Source: an uncultured SAR86 cluster bacterium
Lineage (GTDB): Bacteria > Pseudomonadota > Gammaproteobacteria > Magnimaribacterales > D2472
Assembly: GCA_902591665.1 (NCBI GenBank)
Contig: CACJBO010000001.1
Coordinates: 82,116-146,115 of the forward strand
Direction: 5' to 3'
Length of the DNA: 64,000 nucleotides
Shown: piece after piece, positions 57,063 to 64,000 of the stretch
How the letters are laid out: each line of letters opens with the position of its first letter
How positions within the stretch are numbered: the first letter of the stretch is position 1
The notes under the pieces: generated by a model
Databases searched by the model: none
What the model saw: the letters and a program-made list of their open reading frames with translations, nothing else
What the model was told of the DNA's origin: nothing
Program-made: the position numbers and the translations under genes

Positions 57063-57703
57063 CTTTTCTTTAGCGAAAAGGGATAAATTTTTCTACCCTC
57101 TTCTACAGCCCTTTGCTGGAACTTGGTTAACATTATATTTTCATAAGGAGATGAGCTTAAAACTTTGAAATCTAAATTTTGACTAATAGATTCTTCGATT
57201 GATTCAGCATAATTCTCCCAATCTGTTGACATAAAAAGATGACCATCTGAATTTAAAACTTTATAAATTGAATCTAAAAATTCTGAGTTTATCATTCGTC
57301 TTTTATGGTGTTTTAACTTGGGCCATGGGTCGGGGCATATTATTAAAACTTCATCAAAGATTGATTCATTAATTTCTTCTATTAATAATCTTATATCCCC
57401 GGTCACTAATCTAATATTGGCAAACTCATTATAATTGATTGCTCCAAGGACCTGCCCAATTCCAGCCATATACACCTCTGAACCTATGTATAAATTTTGA
57501 GGATTTTCCCTAGCTAAGTTTATAAGATTCTCTCCATTACCAAAGCCTATTTCTAAAATAACTCTTTTAAAGTTGCTTTTCTCAAGAAGCAACTGAGCAT
57601 GGGAAGTTACATGATATTTATGTAAAGAATTTAGGTTATCTTCTTGGCTTTTAGTTATACGCCCTTTTCTTTGAACAAAAGATGGGAGAAATTTGTTGCG
57701 CAT
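57059..57703 (-). CDS. trmB: tRNA (guanine46-N7)-methyltransferase
   Basis: EIGFGNGE SAM motif, PDPWPK and HHKRR motifs. Confidence 0.85.
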   Translation of the reverse strand: MRNKFLPSFVQRKGRITKSQEDNLNSLHKYHVTSHAQLLLEKSNFKRVILEIGFGNGENLINLARENPQNLYIGSEVYMAGIGQVLGAINYNEFANIRLVTGDIRLLIEEINESIFDEVLIICPDPWPKLKHHKRRMINSEFLDSIYKVLNSDGHLFMSTDWENYAESIEESISQNLDFKVLSSSPYENIMLTKFQQRAVEEGRKIYPFSLKKS

Positions 57704-57730
57704 TTATAAATGGAATACCAATGAATCGAA

Positions 57731-58591
57731 TTAAGCAGCACTTACCATTATGGCTTTTAATTTTTTTAATGCTCCATTTTCGATTTGCCTAATTCTTTCT
57801 GCAGAAACATCATACTCTTCAGCTAACTCATGTAATGTTGCTTTATCATCTGCTAAGTATCTTCTTTGAAGAATGTCTTTGCTTCTATCATCTAACATTT
57901 TAAGGGCTTCAACTAATTCGCTTTGATTCATATCATCAGCTTCAGCATTTGCAACAATAACCTCAGGATCATATGTCTTATCTTCAATATATTGAGAAGG
58001 TGACATCATTTCATCATCATCACCAGAGGGAACTGGAGTATCAAATGAAGAATCATTAGATGAAAGCCTGTTTTCCATATGAAGCACATCCTTTACTTCT
58101 ACATTGAGATCTTTGGCAATATTCTCTGCTTCTTCTTTAGTAAGCCATTCAAGACTCTTTTTCTTGCCTCTAAGGTTGAAAAATAACTTTCTTTGAGCTT
58201 TCGTTGTGGCTATTTTTACAAGCCTCCAGTTTTTCAGTATGTACTCATGAATTTCAGCTTTAATCCAATGAACTGCAAAAGAAACAACTTTCACCCCTCT
58301 ATGAGGATCATATTTATCAACCGCTTTCATTAGTCCAACATTACCTTCTTGAATAATGTCAGCCAAAGGAAGGCCGTAACCCTGATATGATCTTGCAATA
58401 TGAACAACAAATCTTAGATGATGAATAACTAACTGTCTTGCAGCATCTAGATCGTCTTCTTCATATAGTTTGAGCGCTAATTCCTGCTCTTCTTCTTTAG
58501 ACAATATAGGAATTGAATGCACAGAAGCTAAATAGGACTCAATATCCTTACCTGGACTATTTAACTGAGATGGTTGTAACTGTGTTCCCAT
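57731..58591 (-). CDS. rpoH: RNA polymerase sigma-32 (heat shock sigma factor)
   Basis: Region 2 (DLIQEGNVGLMKAV..), the RpoH box QRKLFFNLR, and region 4 HTH (ERIRQIE). Confidence 0.9.
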   Translation of the reverse strand: MGTQLQPSQLNSPGKDIESYLASVHSIPILSKEEEQELALKLYEEDDLDAARQLVIHHLRFVVHIARSYQGYGLPLADIIQEGNVGLMKAVDKYDPHRGVKVVSFAVHWIKAEIHEYILKNWRLVKIATTKAQRKLFFNLRGKKKSLEWLTKEEAENIAKDLNVEVKDVLHMENRLSSNDSSFDTPVPSGDDDEMMSPSQYIEDKTYDPEVIVANAEADDMNQSELVEALKMLDDRSKDILQRRYLADDKATLHELAEEYDVSAERIRQIENGALKKLKAIMVSAA

Positions 58592-58649
58592 ACTTAATAT
58601 AAATTTTATTTATAATTAATTATATTATTAATTAATGTTATACACAAAA

Positions 58650-59462
58650 TTATACCAATTTTTTATTAAACTCGCTCAAAATAGGCATATATTGGTCTTT
58701 TATGGCTTCATTTCTAAATGCTGCAAAAGCTGGATTTAAGATGCTTTCCTCTTTTGAGTATTTTAGATCTTCAGCATTTGCCATTTGAGAGATACTTCCG
58801 CCATATGCATTTAATATAGCGTGTCCAGCTGCTATATCCCATTCTGAAGTAGGTCCAAATCTTGGATATATATCAGCTTTATTATCAGCAAGTGCGCATA
58901 ATTTTAATGAACTACCCTTTTCTATTATTTCATAAGAAACGTTTAAACTATTGAGATAATCAAGAAATATTTTGTCTTTATCTGTTTGATGGCTTTTACT
59001 CATTACTATTCTTAGGCAACCTGGTATCGTTTCTTCATTGCTAGAAATATTAAATTTAGATCCAAGCCAAATTTGAGTTGAAATTGGCGCACATATAATT
59101 CCAAAAATAGCTTTCGTGTTTTCTATCAGCGCAATATTTACAGTAAAGTCTTTAGACTTATTTAAGAACTCTCTTGTTCCATCCAAGGGGTCAACCAACC
59201 AATATGGGATTTTGGGTATATCTAATTCTTTTTTATAAGTTTCTTCTGAAACTATCGGAATGTTTGGAGTAATTTCTTTGAGCGCACCGACAATGATTTT
59301 GTTTGCATTGTTGTCAGCCTCTGTAACAGGAGAACCATCTGATTTTATTTCGCTTTCAAATTCATCTTTTCTGTAAACGTCCATAATTGCATTTGCTGCA
59401 TCTTGCACAATTTTTTTTAGTGGCTCGTTTAGACTTTGTAGAAACCCTGCATCAATTGACAT
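58650..59462 (-). CDS. cysQ: 3'(2'),5'-bisphosphate nucleotidase
   Basis: Inositol monophosphatase-fold motifs SEE.., WLVDPLDGT and WDIAAGHAI. Confidence 0.8.
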   Translation of the reverse strand: MSIDAGFLQSLNEPLKKIVQDAANAIMDVYRKDEFESEIKSDGSPVTEADNNANKIIVGALKEITPNIPIVSEETYKKELDIPKIPYWLVDPLDGTREFLNKSKDFTVNIALIENTKAIFGIICAPISTQIWLGSKFNISSNEETIPGCLRIVMSKSHQTDKDKIFLDYLNSLNVSYEIIEKGSSLKLCALADNKADIYPRFGPTSEWDIAAGHAILNAYGGSISQMANAEDLKYSKEESILNPAFAAFRNEAIKDQYMPILSEFNKKLV

Positions 59463-59466
59463 AACT

Positions 59467-60324
59467 TTAATTTGTCTTATCTTTTGGCTTGAGTGCTTCC
59501 AGCCTCATTTGCATAAGCTCATCTTCTGTATCTGGATACTCATTGTTGTATATTGATGCCTCCCATCTTCCATACATCGGATTGATAATCATGAACCATT
59601 TTGAACCCCACATATGCTTGTAGGTGTCAGCCAAGTTTTTTCTTGAATCTAATTCAAGCGTTGTTTCATCTAGTGGTAAAAAATCACCTAGCTGATCACC
59701 AATAAGCAATAAAATTCTATAATCTTTTGCAATCAACTCTCTTCTTGAAACCTTGTCAGAGGTCCAACCATTTTCATTCTTCATTAATAAAACATCTATA
59801 TCCGTATCGAGAGGAAGTCCAAGTTTTTTTATGTTATTTCGTGTTGCATCTTCTGCTACTGCGATCCTATTTGTTACATAGAAGATTTTTACACCCTCGC
59901 TTTGTGCATATTCTAAAAAATCTGACACTCCAGCAACGGCATCAGAGGATTCTTCAAGCATCCATTCAAGCCATCCTATGGGATAGGGTTGACCATTAAT
60001 AATAGATCTAGCTTGAAAAGGAATATTATTTAAGACTGTTTCATCAATATCTAAGATTATTGCAGGTGGTTTATCTTTAAAATCTTCCTTCTGCTCTATT
60101 GCTGCAGTCCAGCTTAAATCATTTAGCGCTCTATTAAGGGCTGATTTTGCATTCGCGTATGTTTGTATATTGCTCGCCTCATATTCTGCTGAAGACTGAG
60201 CATACAAGACTGAGAGCATTGATTGAGCTTGAAGAGAATTATCTAATTCTTTTTCTTTTGCATAAGTATTATCAATAAACGTAAAAAGGATAAGGCAGAA
60301 ATATATTAGATTCCGTGATTTCAT
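59467..60324 (-). CDS. Class C acid phosphatase / 5'-nucleotidase, e(P4)-family HAD enzyme (secreted)
   Basis: Both class C signature motifs are present: ILDIDETVLNN and LLIGDQLGDF. The signal peptide has no lipobox Cys. Confidence 0.8.
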   Translation of the reverse strand: MKSRNLIYFCLILFTFIDNTYAKEKELDNSLQAQSMLSVLYAQSSAEYEASNIQTYANAKSALNRALNDLSWTAAIEQKEDFKDKPPAIILDIDETVLNNIPFQARSIINGQPYPIGWLEWMLEESSDAVAGVSDFLEYAQSEGVKIFYVTNRIAVAEDATRNNIKKLGLPLDTDIDVLLMKNENGWTSDKVSRRELIAKDYRILLLIGDQLGDFLPLDETTLELDSRKNLADTYKHMWGSKWFMIINPMYGRWEASIYNNEYPDTEDELMQMRLEALKPKDKTN

Positions 60325-60341
60325 AGATTAAGAGCATTATA

Positions 60342-60536
60342 ATGCCAATAATTAAATTTAAGTTACAAAAACCTATGAATAGTGAACTATTAAAGAATCT
60401 TAATAAACTAAAAAAAATGCTTGTGTTATTAAGTGAAGAGAGAAAAGTTGTAATGTCTCATCATAAGACATTTGAGCACGTAGAAAAAATGCGCAACATT
60501 GTTAATGAATCAATAGAAATTGCTGAAAATGAGTAA
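60342..60536 (+). CDS. Hypothetical 64-aa protein (coding status uncertain)
   Basis: It is the only ORF in an otherwise 195-nt gap. It is Lys/Glu-rich and predicted helical, and it overlaps the next gene by 17 nt. I recognise no homology. Confidence 0.25.
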   Translation: MPIIKFKLQKPMNSELLKNLNKLKKMLVLLSEERKVVMSHHKTFEHVEKMRNIVNESIEIAENE

Positions 60537-61386
60537 ATATTCTTGTTTCGAAGTTCAAATTAATGATGGCATTGCTCATCTTATTATGAACAGACCTGAT
60601 CAATTAAACTCAATGACAAGAATCTTTTGGAAAGAGCTACCAGAGATAATTAAAGATATTGATAAAAATTCTGATGCAAGAGTTTTAATATTATCTGGTC
60701 AAGGTAAACATTTTAGTGCTGGTATGGATTTTGCTAACTTTGCACCTCCAAAAAAATCTGAAAAAGAAATTGATCCTGCAAGAAAAAGAGAAGCTTTTTA
60801 TCATGAAGTCCTTGAACTACAGGATACTTTTACAGCACTTGAAGAATGCAGAATGCCAACCATAGCTGCTATTCAGGGAGGATGCATTGGCGGCGCCATT
60901 GATATGGCAGCGGCATGTGATATGAGATATTGCTCTGAAAATGCTTTCTTTAAAATTGCAGAAGTTGATATAGGTATTGCAGCTGATGTTGGCACACTTC
61001 AAAGACTACCATCTTTAATTCCTTTAGCTGTTTTAAGAGAGCTTGCATACACAGGAAGAAAATGTGACTCTGCAGAAGCTAAATCTCTTGGTCTTGTTAA
61101 TGAAGTTTACTCATCTGTAGATAATATGATGGAAGAGGTACAAAAAATAGCTCAAACAATTGCGAGCAAATCTCCTCTTGTTACCAGAGTAATTAAAAAA
61201 CAAATTAACTATGCAAGAGACAATTCAGTGAGAGATTCCTTGGAATATCATGCCATGTGGAATGCCAGCTTAATTAGTCATAAAGATACAGAAACTGCAC
61301 TAACAGCATTTATGAATAAATCTGAAGGTGAGTTTGATGACCTCGAAGAGCTAAAATCCTTTTGGGAAAAAGAAGGATTAATTTAA
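60520..61386 (+). CDS. Enoyl-CoA hydratase/isomerase (crotonase) family protein
   Basis: GKHFSAGMDF oxyanion-hole motif and the GGCIGGAIDM segment. Resembles dienoyl-CoA isomerase-type members. Confidence 0.8.
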   Translation: MLKMSKYSCFEVQINDGIAHLIMNRPDQLNSMTRIFWKELPEIIKDIDKNSDARVLILSGQGKHFSAGMDFANFAPPKKSEKEIDPARKREAFYHEVLELQDTFTALEECRMPTIAAIQGGCIGGAIDMAAACDMRYCSENAFFKIAEVDIGIAADVGTLQRLPSLIPLAVLRELAYTGRKCDSAEAKSLGLVNEVYSSVDNMMEEVQKIAQTIASKSPLVTRVIKKQINYARDNSVRDSLEYHAMWNASLISHKDTETALTAFMNKSEGEFDDLEELKSFWEKEGLI

Positions 61387-62150
61387 TCTCTTAGAAATAC
61401 TGGCTCTGTAGCCGTTGATTCAGCTTTAGAGTAATAATAGCCATCTGAGTTGAAACCAGAGAGCTCTTCAAAATCTCTTACGTTGTTTTCAATAATCCAC
61501 CTAGCCATAAGGCCTCTGGCTTTTTTCGCATAAAAACTAATAATTTTGTATTTCCCATTTTTACAATCTTTAAATACAGGCGAGACAACATTTACATAGT
61601 CTGGCATTTTGCCCAGAACGCTAAAATACTCTTTAGAAGCTAAATTGATTAAAAGATCAGATTTTTGAGACTCCAAATCATTCAATACATTTTCTTGAAT
61701 TGAGTTACCCCAAAATTCATATAAGTTTTTACCTTTGCTCGTTTCTAGCTTTGTCCCCATTTCTAGTCTGTAAGGCTTAATAACATCCATAGGTCGTAAT
61801 ATTCCATATAATCCTGATAGTATTCTTAAATGCTTTTGAGCAAATTTAATTTGCTTAGCATTAAGGGTTTCAGCATCAAGCCCTTGATAAACATCACCTT
61901 TAAAAACTAACAAAGAAGGCTTGCTATCATCTGATAAAGTTTTAGATGCCTTCCATGATTGATATCGATCAAAATTTAATGCTGCCAACTTATCACTCAG
62001 CCCCATAAGACTGGCAATGTCTTTTGGCTCCTTATCTTTGAGTGTCTTTATAAGACTTGAAGATTGGCTTAGAAACTGGGGTGCAGTATGATTGCTTTTA
62101 GAATCAACTTCATAATCCAAAGTTTTTGCTGGTGAAAGTACAATTAACAT
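61383..62150 (-). CDS. yaaA: Peroxide stress protein YaaA (DUF328)
   Basis: MLIVLSPAKTLDY N-terminus. Start re-set to the ATG at 62150. Confidence 0.85.
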   Translation of the reverse strand: MLIVLSPAKTLDYEVDSKSNHTAPQFLSQSSSLIKTLKDKEPKDIASLMGLSDKLAALNFDRYQSWKASKTLSDDSKPSLLVFKGDVYQGLDAETLNAKQIKFAQKHLRILSGLYGILRPMDVIKPYRLEMGTKLETSKGKNLYEFWGNSIQENVLNDLESQKSDLLINLASKEYFSVLGKMPDYVNVVSPVFKDCKNGKYKIISFYAKKARGLMARWIIENNVRDFEELSGFNSDGYYYSKAESTATEPVFLRD

Positions 62151-62186
62151 GATAAATATTCTAACTAAATCTGAGTCAGACATCTA

Positions 62187-62660
62187 ATGAAAGTTCTAGA
62201 AAAGTATATAAATTTTGTAGGTGAAAAAATATCCTACCTGATACCAGTCATGGTTGTATTGATGATTTTTGTAATAGTTAGTAGATATTTTTTTGGGGTT
62301 GGAAGAACTGATATCCAAGAATTGGTTATGTATTTTCATGCTCTAGTGTTTCTTGGTTGTGCAGGTTATGTAATGAACCATGATGAACACGTTAGGGTGG
62401 ATATCTTCTATAGAAATGCATCTCAAAAGTATAAAAAGAACATTAATTTTATCTTTGGTTTATTATTTTTGTTGCCTCTTATAGCCATTACATTTTTTTA
62501 TTCTGTTGAAACAATCGAGGCTTCTTGGAAAATGAGTGAGGCATCTACAGAGGCTGGTGGCCTGGCATATGTATACATTCAGAAAACATTAATGATTCTG
62601 TTTCCACTAACACTTTTATCAGCGTTAATTAATCAATTTATAAAAACAAAATGGAAATAA
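62187..62660 (+). CDS. dctQ: TRAP transporter small permease subunit
   Basis: 4-TM protein of 157 aa that overlaps the start of the large subunit. Confidence 0.75.
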   Translation: MKVLEKYINFVGEKISYLIPVMVVLMIFVIVSRYFFGVGRTDIQELVMYFHALVFLGCAGYVMNHDEHVRVDIFYRNASQKYKKNINFIFGLLFLLPLIAITFFYSVETIEASWKMSEASTEAGGLAYVYIQKTLMILFPLTLLSALINQFIKTKWK

Positions 62661-63988
62661 TTCCTTTATTACTTTTAGTTTTAATATGTCTAGCTCTTTT
62701 GTTTGGATATCCGGTAGCATTCACACTTTCTGGTGTCTCTATTCTATTTGCTCTAATCTGCATTCCGTTTGGAATATTTGATGAATCAATTTTAAAAAGT
62801 ATTCCTCTGAGAATATTTGGGATTATGAATAATGTGACTCTTCTTGCAGTTCCATTATTTATATTCATGGGGACTGTTCTTGAAAGGTCAGGTATTGCTG
62901 CAAAAATGTTAGAAAACATGGCTTTGGCATTTAAGAATATTAGAGGCGGTCTAAGCATTTCTATAATTGCTGTAGGTGCTCTATTAGCAGCAAGCACAGG
63001 TATTGTTGGCGCAACAGTTGTAACAATGGGTCTTATGTCTCTTCCAGTTCTGATTCTACAAGGATACAAGAAAGATTTCTCATCAGGCCTGGTTGCATCA
63101 ACTGGAACCTTGGGACAGATCATTCCTCCTTCAATTGCATTAGTGCTTTTAGGTGACGTTATGTCTAATGCATATCAAAGAGCTCAAAACAACATGGGTA
63201 TTTTTTCTCAACAAACTGTAACTGTTGGAGATTTATTTGTAGGCGCCATAGTTCCTGGAATTATGATATGTCTTGGGTATCTGATTTATACGATCTATCA
63301 AAACTATAAAAATCCAAATATCTTGTTTGAGCCAGAAGCAAACTCAGCATCATTCAAAGATATTCTTAAGACTCTTGCCTTACCACTACTTTTAATTATT
63401 TTGGTTTTAGGTTCTATTATTGCTGGAATAGCGACACCAACAGAGGCATCTGCTATTGGAGCTGCTGGTGCACTTTTAATAGTTCTTATCAACGGCAAGT
63501 TATCTTTAGGCTTTATAAAAGAAACTAGTCAGAAAACTGCAATAGTATCAACAATGATCTTCACAATATTAATTGGTGCTTCTATTTTTTCACTAATTTT
63601 TAGAGGAGTTGGCGGAGATGATTTAATTGATTTGGTGTTTGGTTCTCTCCCTGGCGGGCCATATACAGCACTAATTTTTGTTTTAATTTTTGTTTTCTTG
63701 CTTGGATTTATTTTAGACTTTATTGAAATTTGCTACGTCATTGTTCCTTTGGTCGCCCCACCTCTTTTGATGATGGGTTTTGATCCAGTCTGGTTAGCAA
63801 TTCTTATTGCAATTAACCTACAAACTTCTTTCTTAACACCGCCCTTTGGTTTTTCTTTGTTTTACTTGAGAGGGGTTGCAAATGAATCTATACAGACATC
63901 AGAAATTTATAGAGGCGTTATTCCATTTATTTTTATACAGTTGTTAGTATTAATTGCTGTCTTTTTTTTACCTTTCTTGGTTTTATAA
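62651..63988 (+). CDS. dctM: TRAP transporter large permease subunit
   Basis: Polytopic 445-aa protein with TGIVGATVVTMG and LTPPFGFSLFYL motifs typical of DctM. Confidence 0.9.
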   Translation: MEIIPLLLLVLICLALLFGYPVAFTLSGVSILFALICIPFGIFDESILKSIPLRIFGIMNNVTLLAVPLFIFMGTVLERSGIAAKMLENMALAFKNIRGGLSISIIAVGALLAASTGIVGATVVTMGLMSLPVLILQGYKKDFSSGLVASTGTLGQIIPPSIALVLLGDVMSNAYQRAQNNMGIFSQQTVTVGDLFVGAIVPGIMICLGYLIYTIYQNYKNPNILFEPEANSASFKDILKTLALPLLLIILVLGSIIAGIATPTEASAIGAAGALLIVLINGKLSLGFIKETSQKTAIVSTMIFTILIGASIFSLIFRGVGGDDLIDLVFGSLPGGPYTALIFVLIFVFLLGFILDFIEICYVIVPLVAPPLLMMGFDPVWLAILIAINLQTSFLTPPFGFSLFYLRGVANESIQTSEIYRGVIPFIFIQLLVLIAVFFLPFLVL

Positions 63989-64000
63989 AATTATAGGCCA

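Noticed and set aside
62638-63123. 161-aa minus-strand ORF overlapping dctQ/dctM (also 63304-63498)
   Set aside because: It is an antisense shadow of the TRAP large permease. It has no recognisable motifs, and the plus-strand genes are clearly real.
1-64000. Scan for CRISPR arrays, tandem or long direct repeats, IS elements, retron/defence/toxin-antitoxin modules, rRNA, and riboswitch-sized leaders
   Set aside because: Nothing convincing was seen by eye. Intergenic regions are too short (mostly under 100 nt) and too AT-rich to host such elements. A computational repeat search and a covariance-model scan would be needed to exclude them formally.

Overview
The window is a very compact, visibly AT-rich chromosomal segment. 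It most likely comes from a genome-streamlined gammaproteobacterium, probably a free-living marine one (inference). The gene order repeatedly mirrors core Pseudomonas/E. coli synteny: pyrE; yicC-gmk-rpoZ-spoT-ridA; rubredoxin next to ubiC-ubiA; gln-ntrB-ntrC; mutY-yggX; rppH ... lgt-thyA-folA; efp; argS-SPOR; yggS-proC-yggT-metX-metW-rdgB-hemW; trmB; rpoH. I call about 70 CDS and one tRNA-Phe. By my tally of the gaps, well over 90% of bases are coding. I saw no rRNA, CRISPR array, transposase, integrase, phage genes, or recognisable defence or toxin-antitoxin modules. Several ORF-track starts are N-terminal over-extensions and I re-set them (hppA, glnII, gpmA, malonyl-CoA decarboxylase, rmuC, dadA, thyA, M2 peptidase, yaaA). 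One real gene, a 59-aa rubredoxin at 10238-10417 (minus strand), is missing from the track because it falls just under the 60-aa cutoff. I did NOT find a convincing self-contained, previously undescribed multi-gene system, and most of the window is housekeeping. The observations most worth a second look are these. (1) A eukaryote-like type II glutamine synthetase sits in the classical glnA slot upstream of ntrBC, behind a textbook sigma-54 promoter with two NtrC-like sites. (2) The hidden rubredoxin is translationally coupled to a DAACS symporter. (3) An angiotensin-converting-enzyme-like M2 peptidase lipoprotein overlaps a DUF1295 membrane protein next to a Vibrio-type six-gene TonB2 cluster. 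(4) An orphan FTR1 iron permease has a Fur-box-like dyad upstream. (5) A tRNA-Phe-adjacent cytochrome P450 and family-VIII esterase form a divergent pair. (6) The architecture is extreme: nearly all convergent genes share stop codons, and some divergent start codons are only 18-48 nt apart. Because packing is so tight, adjacency here is weak evidence for functional linkage.
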